DNA of 64,000 nucleotides from Trichosphaerium sp. ATCC 40318 (Eukaryota > Protista > Tubulinea), in assembly GCA_038496445.1 (NCBI GenBank), contig JALMLS010000507.1, positions 715,601-779,600 of the forward strand, read 5' to 3'. Shown piece after piece: positions 1-13,991 of this stretch. A program made the translations under genes and the position numbers. Each line of letters begins with the position of its first letter. Position 1 is the stretch's first letter. The notes beneath the pieces were generated by a model. The model ran no database searches and was not told where the DNA came from. It saw nothing but the letters and a program-made list of their open reading frames with translations.

Positions 1-2
1 GA

Positions 3-134
3 TTGTCAGTCTATGACAAACGATTGCTTGAGCATTTAGTATCTTTGAAAAGTATTGAAGTTTGTCAGAAGTCCCAGATCACCAAAGAAGCTTGTGAATC
101 AATTGGTATCAAGTATACACAATCTCATTATTAA
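3..134 (+). CDS. 3' end of an upstream gene (possibly LRR protein), partial
   Basis: Open frame LSVYDKRLLEHLVSLKSIEVCQKSQITKEACESIGIKYTQSHY* from the window edge; weak LxxLxxI pattern. Confidence 0.3.
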   Translation: MSVYDKRLLEHLVSLKSIEVCQKSQITKEACESIGIKYTQSHY

Positions 135-659
135 TATAGCTGTAAAGCTAACGCTATCTAGTATAATAAAATGTATGCGTTTAAATCTACTTATACCTTA
201 ATGAGTCTGCGGAAATCACGTGTAACAGAACGTTGTTAACTATGTACTAACTAGTTTATTATCATACACGAGATCTCTCGTAGCACATTCTTTGTTATTG
301 CATTCTGAAACGTTAAACGGCACACGAAAGATGAGAATACGTGTAAGAGACGTGGTCTTAGTTGCAAGATAACAGCGTAATTTATTAGTTCGTGACATAC
401 GTTATTACATTCCGAGAATACATTTTGTGTATTTCGTCAAAGTTCACAGTGAAGTCTTGGTGGAAATGTTGGTACTGAATATGGTAAGTCAGTGATGTTT
501 CACGTTTACATTAACTTGGTATACTCGAGTTCTCACTAAGCTCGTGCTCTTAGTAGCTCGAAGATGGTTAGTTGAATTCGTCGTGAGAGCGCCAAACCTG
601 CGAAATTTCTCAACTTAAGCTAAGGAGTTTCTTATTGTTCTATTTTTAAAGATACACAA

Positions 660-2340
660 ATGGCAGACAATAAGGAAGCTGAGCGTAGAGAAAAACATAA
701 AGCAGTTGGAAAACACTTTGCTGAGTATCCCTCATTCAACAACGCCAAGAAGAAGGTAGTTAGGAGCGTTCTGAAGCAAGAAGGGGCAGAAGAGGTGACA
801 TGGTACTAAAATACTACTTAGAGGTTTTAGAACTAACGTAAGTGCTCTAGGATAGCGTTGGAGAAAGTCCACGGTTGTAATTTTACCTTCTTGTGTGATG
901 AGTCTCTTCACGTTGTTTGCGCGCGTAGAAACGCTGTTCTAGACCCTGCGGAGACATTTTTTTCGTGGCAGACCGTGCGCATTTGTTTTAGCTTCTCTAG
1001 ATCTACTTACAAGTGTCTCAGATATATAAATCTCATGTTGACGGTGTAAAATCGATTATGAAGGAAGTACAGAGCGAAAGGGAAGTAAAAGCGCTATCTA
1101 TTATTGGAGAGTTCTTTGGTGGTGCTTACCCACACCCTGACGTAGAAGACACAGGAATACAACCCCTTCAGAAGGTTTGTGAATCCTTTAAATATTTTTC
1201 AATGAACGTTTTATTTTTGTACACAATGCTCCGTTTATAGATTTTTTTAATCAAAGTTAGGGTGTGTACTACTCAGCACAGCTTGGATTCTATGCATTTG
1301 ATATTAAACTAACTCTTCCAGATGACACTACTTGTTGGATGGTACGTCTTTTTAAGCAGCCTGTATTATTTTCGGATGCTTTTTTTGACTTATTTTGTAG
1401 GATTATGATAAGGCAATGGCCCTTTTTAAGAAATATGGTTTCTTTTATGCTGAGCCACTTGTGTCTGGTACACTTGATGAATGCTTCGAGTTTGATATTA
1501 AGGTGAGTACTCGAGAATAAGCATTTGATTAAAATATTGACATTTTAATCACAGATAAACAGTACAATCCCTAAAAAACTGGGACTTCCTAAGCTCACTA
1601 TACAAAACCAGATCGAAGGTGTTGTTGTAAAGTCTATTCAGAACTTCGGCGTATGTTGTGCTATTGTAGCTGTAAATTGTCTGTACATTAACAAGTTTTC
1701 TTAGATGAACAGGAAAGGTACTAAGGTTCGTTGTATCTACAAGAGAAAGAATGCGTACGTCTAACTTTTTTTTTGTTTTGTGCCATTAGAGTCATGAAAA
1801 ATCTTTTGGATTGTATCCTTTTTATTACTTGGGTAAAAAACAACTCAAAGACCGACTTCAATGTTGTCAAAATTGTAACGAAGGTCAACATGTTGCAAAA
1901 AAAGAATGACTTTGATAAACTTTTTTGTTGATCTATTTTTAGGAAATTTGCAGAAGTAAACCCGAAGATGACTACAAAGTACGAAAAGAAGGTAAAAGAG
2001 GTATCAGAAGCAATATCAAGATCTTATGAAGAACTTGATAGATATATTAACGAGAACAGACTTGATAATCTCCAGGTACAACTAAGTTCTTAACAAACAA
2101 AAAAAAAACCAAAGTTTACATTATTTTAATAATCGTTTTGCTTAGTCAAAGATTGGACCTGTTACGAATGACAACAAAGTTAAAGCAGGGGAGCTACTAA
2201 GAGATGATGCAATAAAGGATTTCGTTATTGATAACGAGGACATGTGGGCAATTATTCCGGAAGAAAAACAAGCTATTATTAGAAAGAATACTCTATCTAA
2301 AGTGAACGCATTCATTACTGGTTATCTAGCAAAACAATAA
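660..2340 (+). CDS. ATP-dependent RNA ligase, Rnl2 family (T4 Rnl2 / kinetoplastid REL-like), multi-exon
   Basis: Spliced product shows nucleotidyltransferase motifs I (ALEKVHGCNF), Ia (ARRN), III (GEFFGG), IIIa (FYAFDI), IV (EGVVVK), V (YKRKNA..KFAE) and Rnl2 C-terminal YINENRLDNLQSKIG. Confidence 0.85.
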
Positions 2341-2550
2341 ACAATGTCTTGTACTATCATTGCACTAGTTTAATTAAAGTGTGTCTTGTACTGAGTGGAT
2401 GCTCTGTTAACCTAGTGGCTGACTGTACGTGCACAAGAAGGGCAGGGATTTTGGGATTTTTTTACTTTTAGTTGAGAATCTTGCAATCGATCGCTTTTGT
2501 CACTTGGTGCTTCCGCTTTAGTTCTACAACTCCACATGTTACATACACAA

Positions 2551-3690
2551 TTATTTATTCTTGTACATGACCACGTGTTTCCACAAAAACCCGCTAAATA
2601 AAGAGATGTTATGTTTGCTCCCTATGTTGGTTTTTTTTCTCTGAAAAGAAGTCGGAGTTAGTCCCACTTAGCATTCCTTGGTAAGTAATCATTTTCACTG
2701 TTATCATTACAAAAGTAGAGAAATGAGAATCCAATACTAACACAACAATGCCTATGAAGAAAAAAAAGAAGTTAACACCGTGGAAGACAAGAAACGAAAA
2801 AACACTCAAAAAAAAATGGTACAAAGGAGAAAAAAAAAGAGAAAATTAGGATGCCTTTCAGGCGCAACCCGTACCACAAATTGTGCCAAAATCTGTTTAT
2901 CTTATACTGTGAGATAAGTACATAATCATTCTTATCATCAAGCCCTTGAATAAAGCACACCAAACCCAAGAAAAACCAAAACAAACCATAGTATATTTGC
3001 TTATTATATTTAGGCATCTGTAATGTAAAAAGGTAACTTCCAACAAAAAGAATACCAGCAGGTACTATTGGCAGTATTGTATAAGTGACATCCCATGGAC
3101 TGTATTCTTGACACCATAAGCAAAACCACATGAGAACCCATCTAGGTATAGTCAGTGATCGAGCGTCGAGAGATCATTTGGAGAGCGAATTTCTTCACGT
3201 TCAAAATTTTGCAACAAAAACGGAACTTTCGAGAAGTGAAGTGGGTTTTTGACGTAGTTGTCGCAGTACCGTATTGACCATATTGTTTGCTTGTCTCTAA
3301 AGTTGGATAGATGAATAAGAAGCCATTGCATAGACACAACGGCCGCTATATTGTCTAAGCGATGCCACTGACCATCATTCATGCCTAACTGAGCGTGAGA
3401 CGTTATAATTCTGATTGTAAACGCTTTTTAAGCGAGAAGAGTTTTTTTCTGTTCAAAACGCATGTACCTAGCATTCTAGCCTCTGGTACATTACGCTTTC
3501 GCCCCACGTTCAATATTTCAGTAATATGGTACATAAGCGATATAACACCAGCGAGTGAAGAAGTAAATATCTCGTACGCTCCCTTTTTAAGCCCTACGTT
3601 GTACCAGACTATTACTGGTCCAAGGAAAAACGTAATATTTGTAAGGACCGTGTAGGCCATGTCTACTTGCTGTGCTACGCTTAGCGCCAT
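2551..3690 (-). CDS. TMEM8/PGAP6/Myomaker-like (CREST superfamily) multi-pass membrane protein
   Basis: TNITFFLGP, SLMYH, WHRLD and spliced WHNLWH motifs with several hydrophobic helices; start uncertain (3660/3690 or an extra exon near 3805). Confidence 0.7.
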
Positions 3691-4027
3691 CACGGTTACA
3701 AGCTTTACGTAGTAAACACTAATAACGACTATAATTGAGTTGACTGCGCTATTTTGAGTTTCAGATTAACCTCAACGAACTAGAAATGTTGAATACCGCG
3801 AGCATGCTAACACGTGTTGAAGCAATCAGGATCTTAATATAAACTACAAACAATTGAAATGAGTACATTTTTGGAACTATAAGGATAGCTTTTTATTTAA
3901 AGTGCTAAGCGCAGTGTTTTCGATGCAACCGGGAGATTGATCAGGTTTAAACTCTAGAGTGTTTCTAAGCCTCTATGAATAGTGCACCTGAAAATCGAAG
4001 ACGAAGTGAACCTTTTTACATTTTTGT

Positions 4028-7000
4028 TTACAAATTAAAATACTTTGGGACATGTGATCCAAACGACTTTTGTACAACTTTTGTTATCTCTTTCTTACTT
4101 ATTTCTGATAAATCAGTCTTCGCAGCAAGGGCTATATGAAAACCAACACAAGTGCTCCTAATAGAGTTGTTTTAAACAGATAAAAACCAAAAAAAAAGTA
4201 CACCTAAAAATAAAATCCAAACAAACAGTACCTAAACAACGGAATTATTCCCGACAATCTTGCTCTGTCAATCACTTTAGCTTGTTCGCCCAACCAAGGT
4301 AATAGTAGGAACCTTACACGATCACCAGGCCTTCTTTTTGAAGAAATTGGGATAAAATCAGTGCCAACAATCCTAAAAAGAAAAAAGTCATTTTAACACA
4401 TTGCCAAATTCTTTCTAACCGTATAGCAATCAGAACGATACTACTCTCTGTACAATACGCATGGAGGCTTTTCATACTATTAGGCGACTTTCCAAGCTAT
4501 TAGAAATGCGTTAGGGAACAGTAAATATTGATGATCGTGTACCAGTGTTAAGGCTCCTTTAGTGTAAGAAAAAGCGAAAATATTTGTATCGTTGTCTTCA
4601 TCTACAAGTTCTTTCCAAGCTTCTTTAACTTGTCTAAAATCCACTACATGAAGGAAAGGCTTTTTATTCCCCTGCAGGCAACGTTAAAAATATTGTTTGG
4701 GAGCACAAAAATAAGAAGATTATAAGAACCTTTGCTGCTTGTTGGACATTCATTTGATTCTTACTTGTAATGTCTTTTCTTGCTTGTTTTGTTTTTTCTT
4801 GGTATTGTTTACTATCATTATCACCAAGATACATCCTTCTTCGCTCTAAGTAATGGTGAGTGAATGCAATATTTAAATATGTCTATTAAAACCTCGTGTT
4901 TCTTGAAGCTTTTGGTTTTTGAGCTTGGTTGATTTTTTCATTTCGACAGCTTTTTCTTCATCTTTGATAACATGTGCATCTACGTCATAGTATTCTTTGG
5001 GGAATAAAACATCTATTTCTTCATCATCTTCTTCATTAGAAATATATGATAAAGTGTGAGAAGGTTGGTCATCCGTGCTATCTGAAGACTCAGTAATGTA
5101 AGCAAAGTTCTTGTCTCTTTGTTCAGCTTGAAAAAAATTTGTTAGTTTTTGTATTACAAGTCTTTTAACATTGTACATTCACTGCTCGTGTCCGATAAAT
5201 CATCCAGGAGATTTTCCTTCAAGACGCCAGGATTTGAGTAGTTGCTTGCTAAATAACTTTTTGAGCTTACTTTGTGATGTGTAAGCACGTACTTTCACTA
5301 ACACGTAAATTTTCTTTGAAATATGGCGGTTGTAACTTTGTTCCTGTTTTAGCCATAGATTCATTAGCTACATATGCTCTTTTATGTTGTTTCTTCGTCA
5401 TGTGAGCGCGTTTTTTATTAGGAAGGGCGCGTGGTCTGAAAACCAAGTCAACAGGAAGACATTCATTGGTAACTTAAAATGAAAGTTAGACATAGAATAA
5501 AAGTGAAGATTATGTACCGGCAGGGTATATATCAGGAAACAATTTATGCTTTATCTTTGCAATAGATAACTCTTTAACGCTGGCAATCTTTCTGCCGTCC
5601 ATTATGATGTTAATTAAGCTAGGTATCTCTAAACAACTATTTAATAAAAAACTAGTTTTTTATGAAACTAAAGGTACACTCACCTCTCATAATATATGCA
5701 AGTCCAGACTTGTCTAAATAATCCATTGCATTTTTCTCATCGAATACAAGTGTTTCAAAGTACTTCAAATCCTTCAGAACAAGAATAGGCCTCGCTCCTA
5801 TTTTACAAGAATAAGCCTTTTTTTTCTCACAATTTTCGTGTTTTAGGTTAATGTACCAAGACGAATCTTGCCAATGTGTCTAATGTTAGGTCTTGTAGCC
5901 GCAATGTACTCAAGAAATTTTGTTTTGAAGCCTCTGAGATTTGAGAGTTCTATAAACTCTGTTTCTGGATACACTTCATCGAAAGGTAACTTAGAAATGA
6001 GTTCATGTGGCTTCAATGAACACTCTGTTGAAGTACTTGTTGCCAACTTAATATGTTTCAAAGCTAAAAATACAATAAGTTGTGGTGTAAATAGTTTAGT
6101 CACGTGCTTTTGCATTGGAATATTGACAAAACTGTAGATAGCGGTAATTCACTTATATCTTCTAAATCAATATGCTCTAAAGTTGTTGTTTGTCGCAGCA
6201 ATGGTTCAATAGAATCGCCACCTAGTTTATTAAATTTAATTCGAAGATACTTGAGATGCTTAAGCTCGACTAATGGTACTGTAAATTGTCTACAACAAAC
6301 GTAAGATTCAAACAGTATCGCAGTGAATATGTACACTCTAAAGTTAGGACCTATCATGAGCGTAAGGTGTTTGATATTACTGCAATACTTAATGAAATGA
6401 CTTAAGTTACATTCTGCATTAACATTGCTAAAATCTAGTTTAGTCAAACTCTCACGCCATACACAAGATTTCATAGTTTCTTCTGAGAAAATGTCTTGGT
6501 TTTCTCCTTTTCTATAAAGAAACGTAAATAAGTGTTAATATGGGCACAGGACTTGACTTACAAACGAAATTGTGCAATCGCAAGTATCTTTAACTTTGGA
6601 AACATTGTACACAATTTGTTCATATCGTCAACGGTTTTACGTGCACTTGTAGTCTTGAACGAAGTCAGATTTACAAGATGGTCAATGGACTTTAGGATCT
6701 ATAACACGTTTAGAAAAAAACCAACTGGAGAATCCTCAACAAAACAGGTTCATAAAGTATTGACAAAGCAACGTACCTCACTCATCATCAGAGCACCTTC
6801 ACACGAAAAGGAAGTGCATGTGCTAGGCAAACAAGAAAATAAAGGTTCAGCACACCCTACTTTGTACAGTCCGGTTATGTTGAACTCTTCCAAATGAGGC
6901 TAAAGTAGCTAAGTAATAACTTAGGATGAAACCGAGCTAAACTTACAGGAAATATATCACTACAATCTGGAATATTTTTCAAGCTGTTTCTACCCAAATA

Positions 7001-10000
7001 CACGCCTACCACATTTATCATTAGTAATAATACGGGACGATTTTATTTCTTACCCAACTTTGTGAGGTTAGTGCACTGTCCAAGTAGGTGTAAATTTGGA
7101 TCGTCTAAATCTCTGTAAAGAGTTAGCAATGGTCATTTTAATTCTCACGTGCTTGAACCGACAACCAAAGCTAACTAGGTTTGGCAGCGTTTTATCAATA
7201 ACTGCTTTAGTGACCTTGTCAATATCTGGTATAGTAATTTGTTGAATGTTCAAACTCGTTAAGCTTTTAATTGCAAGCAGAGCTTCAAACGGCATCCCTG
7301 GGTTTTTTTTAAGTGAGTATTTTGTGTAAGTACTTGTGACATACATGGCGAGTTCTTAAACTCAAGTGTTTGTAAATTGGGTAAGAGAGTACTAAGCTTT
7401 GGTGTTATGAGATTTTCTCGATTATTAGCGCTTATAATACCACCACAAGGTCGTCGTTTTATTGAAGTAATTCCTTCAAGGCTAAATTATTTTTAGTTCG
7501 AGGAAGTTATATTTGTATAATCTCTTCTCGTACTATGGTTTTAACTTTTTTTGCAACAAGGGAACATGGTGTTGCGCCATAGATACAATTGTGAGATATT
7601 CCAGTTCTCTAAGATAAGAAGGTCAGCGCGTAGGTTACTTCAGTAAAAATAGATACCCATAATGAGGCTGCACATCAAACAACAATCTTAGCATATCATC
7701 AACAGCTGTTTCGTCAATTTGAAGTGCCTAGCAAGTTGTAAGTTATTAGTAACTGATATCAGTGTACATGGACTTACCTTTTCTATGTACCATGCGCATT
7801 TTTCTTGAAGTACTTCTAAAATACCTATCTCTCCATATTTTGGCCAACAACTTCCCATCAATGCATAGTTAACAGTTCGGAATGATGCAAATATTTGCTT
7901 GATTAAAGCCATTATCGCCATTACGTTACCCTTATCAACTTTCTTTGCAGCACGAGGTATTGAAACTAAAGATAACAGTGTTATTTTTCTTACTTACACT
8001 TAATAAGCACGTGCCCAGTAATATAGGATCATTATTTGAAAAGGATGTACGCATAGTACTCATGTGCATTTCAATGCGTTTTACATACCTTAAGGAAAAC
8101 ATTAATTTTTAATATACACGCTCATTAAATCTTACTCCAGGTGAGCAAATGCGTGAGTTATTAAAGTGTCATCAAGTCTGAAAGCTTGCTCAAAACGTTC
8201 TTTGGATTTCTAGACCAGTAAGAAAATAATACGAAAAAATGAGTTCTCCTCGTACCACGATTTTTGAACGCTTAGCAAGTATATAAGCGCTTATGTATAT
8301 CAAATAAGCATTATTAGGTTCTATTTGAAGCCCTAACTGTATATAGTACTCTGCTTTATTTAAGCTAAACTCAAATTAAGATACATTATCAGTTTTCTAT
8401 ACTTACTATTCTTTGACTTGCTCTGTTTTAGATCCACTGCACGATAAAAAGTAGCACTCAGCTTGAATTATGGGTTATAAGGACTTCTATACTTATTTTC
8501 CGTACCTAACTTAGCATAGAGTCGTTCATCACTTTTCAAAAGCGTAATAGCTTGTTCCAATTTCTCTCTAAAACAATGTCAATACTTGAGAAGATGTTTT
8601 TGGATAAAGTCCTACGCTGCCATTTTCAAAGGTTGATAGTACAACGATATAGAAAAGTCATCTGTGTATACTAGTGATTTTGCTTTCTCAATCAGGACGA
8701 ACGCTTGAGATATAGAGAGATAAGGAATAGCTTTAATGCGATACGGCAATTCAACAATATCAAAATTTTGAATAACAGGAACTATTCAACAGAAGTTAGC
8801 AACTGCACAATGCGTTTGTTCTAGATTAACGTACTTGATTGCATTTGAGATGATTCATGCTCTCTTCTAGCTAATTGATCGCGATCTTTTGGTAACAAAG
8901 AATGCACTCTACGGCTTATTTTCATACCTAAGTACAGCATTATTCTTTGTTCTCTTTCCTTATGTACATTACCTAAAATTGCTTCCAAACGCATAAAAAG
9001 CAAACGTATAATAACGTCTGACAACAAACTCCAACTCGCCTCTCTTTGCTGATAAGTAAGTATACTGCCTGAAAAAAACCAGTTAAATAACGGCCAGCAA
9101 AGAGCAGTTCTTACCAAGTGGTAATGTTGGTCTGCTATCGAATTTCTCAATGATCAAGTTCTTTACATCAACATTCCTAAATGGATATTACAAAGAGTCT
9201 TAAGAGTCTATTAGTTCATACCAAAATCTTGAGAATAGGAATCTGTCTGTAGCAAATACAGTAGCATTAAAGTAATCCGCTATGAGTTGCTTATCGTTAA
9301 CCTCTGATCTGTCTTGCATGGAGCTTAATTGAGACCGTAGAATGATGTTGATATTGTCTTTTATCACTCTAAACATTCGTAAATACTAGTGTTCACAGGA
9401 TAAGTTCAACTATGTGCAATTACCTTGCTGCCATTTCTGTTAGAATAACCCTCTTATGTCTGTCGAAAGTTGCGTGGTGATAAATAACACCCAGATGTCT
9501 TATATTTAATCCTACAATAGTGTAAGTCATATTTTGTTATTCATTAAAACATCACCTTGGCCATGCATCGCGTCAACTATTTTGGCAGCAAAGTCTATTT
9601 CTTCCATTGATTTCTCATATTTTGGCCAATCAAAATCAAAGGGACAAAGTAATTTATAACCAGACTCATTCTCAGATGGGTATATTTTGTCTAAGTTCTC
9701 AATTAAACGAGGAACTTGCTTTTTCTGTAAATAAAAACATGCTTCTAAATAAGTCTTGTTAGCAAGGGTACAAGTGTTGTTTCTTTGATTACCTCGTATG
9801 TTTTCTGCGTGTACTTTTTTCAACGGTTCACTAGCATTCCAAAGAGAAAAGGCATCAGAGTTTAGAGGCTTTTGGTTATTCGCTACAGCTTCCAGCCTCA
9901 TCAAGCGAAAATAGATTTGCCTTGGGACACTATGTTGAATAATGTAAGCAGTTTGTTATATAATTGATAGTGCTGAACGTACCCTACAGGTGCTTCACAT

Positions 10001-11524
10001 GGAAGAATGCGTGCAAAGTCTAATATGTAGTATCGATGGTCTTCCCCTTTATGGCCCTCAATATCACCAGGACCATAAATAATCTTATCTGATACTTTAT
10101 GCTTACACAGATTCATTGCTTTACAAACACGTTCCCAATGTCTATGGTAACACATTAGTTTATAAACCATAAATCAGCTAACGACTTACGAAGAGAATAC
10201 TGGGTCGGAGTTAAAAACGTTTCTTCCTCCATCCGATGAACCTAAGAAGAAGGTTATTTCTATGCTGAACAATGAACTGCTTACCATATATAAGAGTACT
10301 CTTGTTTATCGGCAACAAAGCAACTACAGAAATGTCAAAATGACTCATTACACGTGTTATGTAGTACCAGCTATTAATCTGAAGCCACGATAGTCAATAA
10401 CTTGCATGAGCGGTACATGTAAAGGAACTTTAGTTTTCTTAATAAACTGATAAATAGCAATCAAGCCCTAACCAAAGTTAATAACCGTCCGGTATTAAAA
10501 GTTGAACCTTCAGCTCGTGGCCGCCTGACTTCATAGCTTTCTCTTCAGATGGTTTATCGCGACCGTACATCCAAGCTGAAATAGATTTTATATACGTGTC
10601 ATGGACAAACTAACATGTGATTGAGCGTATTTTAATGTATTAATACTTGAGTACCTTGAATAAAATGCCTTTAACAATATACCTAGTAAAGAAATACTGT
10701 TAACAACATCACACAGCATGTAACGTTCACTTACTTATCACCACCGGCAATACCACCAATATTAACCGGTTTTATTGTCTTGTGAGTAACAGGAATATAC
10801 TTTTCTTGGAAGAATTAGCTCAAAAATTCAAAGGTAAATAATTTTTATGCTTACCTCTTATTATTATTTTACCATAAATACCTGCAGTATTCTCAAAGTC
10901 ACTTGCAAGTTCAGTGATACTAGCATACTTTTTCAAGGAGTCTGGTTGATCACTTAGTCTCTGAAACTCTAAACAACATGTAAGATGTAAAAAAACTTTC
11001 TGTTTGAATAAACTAGCTCTACCTTCGTTCCAGTTTCTATGATGGCCCTGTGTAGGACTCACTGGGCTCGAAGAACCTCCACAAGAAGAAGAATTGCTAG
11101 AATCAGAACTCACAGCTTGATAAACGAGAGGAGCGTAGTTGCCTTTTTGGCACGTGAGTCAGGACAAAATATAGCACCGAAGCGTTAAATGACTTTGAAG
11201 CAAAAAGAAGATAGTTTAGGTAACGTTCAGTGCATTGGAGTTAAAGTTTCATGTGAAAAACGTCAAGAATTCGCTAACCTGCGTCACTACTACCGGAGCT
11301 TCTATTTAGACTGTATATTGTTCTTTTTGGTGTAAGTAATAAAGCAGCAAAAAAAAAATTTGCGTACCCGTCAACATCAGGCTCAGCATATCGCTGTTTA
11401 TTGTCATAGTACGCTTCACTAAGAAAATTAATGACACTTTACGCTATTTAAATGCGTACGTGTGAAGTTCGTTTCCATCCGTACCAATGTAAGTGCCATT
11501 ACTTGCATCAGCAGGCTCAGCCAT
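4028..11524 (-). CDS. Large Clu-domain protein with helical/TPR-like region, leucine-rich repeats and C-terminal ADF-H (coactosin-like) domain
   Basis: Clu motifs GGIAGGDKY, AMKSGGHELKGL, VPLMQVIDYRGFRLIA, LIYGSSDGG, GPGDIEGHKGEDHRYYILDFAR (9900-10800); LRRs about 5600-7500; ADF-H-like RVRFLLLPWLGEQAKVIDRARLS (4030-4680). A single gene is inferred from short GT-AG gaps, but two genes are possible. Confidence 0.65.
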
Positions 11525-11637
11525 GTTCAAAGTAACGGTTTGTAGATGAGGCAAAAAACAAGGACTTAAAGAATGTACACTAAGTCAGTAATGACACGCG
11601 ACAATGACTCAAAAAAACAGTTTTATTTACTTTAGAA

Positions 11638-13991
11638 TTACTGTATATCTGATATTGACCCTTTAGTCTCACGGTATGGCCATGCTTCTTTGCGTTTTGT
11701 ATTAGCACGGCTTGATACCAAAAAGAAGGCAATCCAGAACAAGATAAAGAAACCTGAACATTAGGTTAATAAATAACACTCAAAAAATAGGACAGGTACC
11801 TCCTGCCAACGCTGATACGATTATATTATTGATAAGGAAACTAGGAGGAATCCAAACAATGCCTATACCACCCGAGCATGTATAGAATACGCTATCTTTG
11901 GCGACAGTGATCGTGGTGCCGTTGAGTGGAATACAAGCTATTCCAAAGTCAATTTTAATATGTTGAAAAGAAAAAAACTTGTAATTGATTACCATGGTCA
12001 GTGTCAACTTCTTTTGCTAATATTTCCTTGCTGTCGTTCAAGGAAATAGCACGTAGCGTAGTACCACTGAAGAAATAAATACTAGCAGCACCATCAATGA
12101 CTACTGTGCTAGTAACTTCTACTTCCTTTGTCCAAATTTCACTTCCTTTTGGTGTCATGTACTTTGTCATTTTAGTTTCTTTCCAAATAAAGTAGTGCGT
12201 ACTGTAATGTCGTGTTTACTCGCCACTACAATTCCCTTTCCAGGTTGAGTAGCTAACAAAAATGCGTCAGTAATACCAGGTATTGTCTATATAACGTACA
12301 AATATCTGTAATTATGTGTTTAAATGTTTTAGTTGTCAAACTCTTTGGGTCTAAGTCCAACGATGCAAAATGCAAATCTTTACTATCGTCTTCAGCCTAT
12401 TCATACGATAAGTATTCTTTGAAATACATACAAATGTACGTACAAATATTAATTGCTTTTCAATAGCATCCACAGATAGCATATCGCACGGCTTGTCAAC
12501 CTTAACACAGTGTTAAATACTAATAAACTAATTTAGTACGTACTTGACCAATAAGACTGCCATTAAACATAACATACAATCCCTCACCTTCTAGGTAATA
12601 TGAGCCAATTGACTTATTTTAAATCGTTTTGAACCCAGACGTACCTTCATGTGCGCAAATATACGTGTATGTACCATTCTCGTGTGGAGCACTTGCCATA
12701 ATAACTTTAGTATCAGAGGCATTTGCAACTGTATAAAAATCGAGTGTTGTATTAGACAACTCAACACCATTTGTAGCATTAAGCACAGCCAAGTTCATTT
12801 TAGAGTCTCGGTGAGCTACGAATTAATCAGCAACTCCGTCAAGAGAAAGACCAAACAAAAAAAGTGGAAAAGTTTGATCATTTGGTTTTTTTTTTTGAAC
12901 GTACCTAGCACTTCCAAAGTATCCTTTGTTGCTAATAAAGAGTAAACACTACAGTTTTTGCATAGTGTCACAGGATCCTTTTTAGGAAATTCCTTCATGC
13001 TACGGCCAATAGTAGCGTTGAGAGACCAAAGCAACTAGAAATACAATATTAATACTTATTTCAAAAAAAATGTGTTCCACTAGAAGTGACAAGAGCCAAA
13101 AGCGATTTAAACAGGCATAAAAAGGCGTACACCATTATTGTTTTGCTCGGCAAGTATAAGTATTGGTGTGTTGTAAGAACCACCTGATCTACGCTGTGAT
13201 GTTAGATTGAGAACTGCAATCGTGTTTAATCGCTACCTAGCGTAACCCAATGCCCAGTTTACTACATGACCTATTTTTTTGTGAGCATTAATTTGAGAAC
13301 GATCAAATAATCGTACCAAGGTTGTTTCTTGTCCAACGCTTGGAACCAGTGCGTTTGTACGACCAAAAAGTATCACCACAATTACCAAAAGCGCTATTGC
13401 CACCATCAACGAGTATGGCGTTGTTTGTTGAGCATTCTTGATCCTTTATCTCGCTGACAAGCTACTACCTTTTAATTCAGCCCAAAACGCGTATAGTACC
13501 TTGAATTCAGCTTCAGAATCAGGACCAACGTGTAGTGAAGTGCCAGTGCGTTGTTTGTCGTGCTTTGCTGTCTGCCATTCAAATGACGCTGAAATATCCA
13601 CCAACGGAGCAGCTGTAGGGGCAGTTGTTGCTGCAGTTGGCGCAGCTTTACTAGGAGTCATAGTGGGTGTCACTGGCGCTGCTGTTGTAGGCGTAGCGGT
13701 CGGTGTAGTAGGCGCTGCTGTTGTAGGCGTTGCGGTGGGTGTAGTAGGCGCTGCAGTTGGCGCAGCTTTACTAGGAGTCATAGTGGGTGTCACTGGTGCT
13801 ACTGTTGTAGGCGTAGCGGTCGGTGTAGTAGGCGCTGCTGTTGTAGGCGTTGCGGTCGGTGTAGTAGGCGCTGCTGTTGTTGGTGAACCCGTTGGAGAGT
13901 CAGTCGTACTCTCTGGAGTTTGGGCTGGCGATATGCACGCGCACAGCGCCATTAGCGCAAGTAGAACACAAGTATTTATTAAAACACGCAT
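11638..13991 (-). CDS. Type I membrane glycoprotein: signal peptide, Thr/Pro/Ala mucin-like repeats, PQQ/BamB-like beta-propeller, C-terminal TM helix
   Basis: MRVLINTCVLLALMALCAC signal; PTTAAPTTPTAT repeats; propeller-like segments (LWSLNATIG, GSEIWTKEV, VVIDGAASIYF); TM GFFILFWIAFFLVS then short tail ETKGSISDIQ*. Confidence 0.7.
13630..13880 (-). repeat. Coding tandem repeat: 120-bp unit duplicated, built from 36-bp subunits
   Basis: 13631-13680 is nearly identical to 13751-13800; the internal ctgttgtaggcgt(a/t)gcggt subunit recurs at 36-bp spacing within each unit. Confidence 0.9.

Noticed and set aside
13630-13880. CRISPR-like array (36-bp period)
   Set aside because: No unique spacers; in-frame coding repeat in a eukaryotic gene
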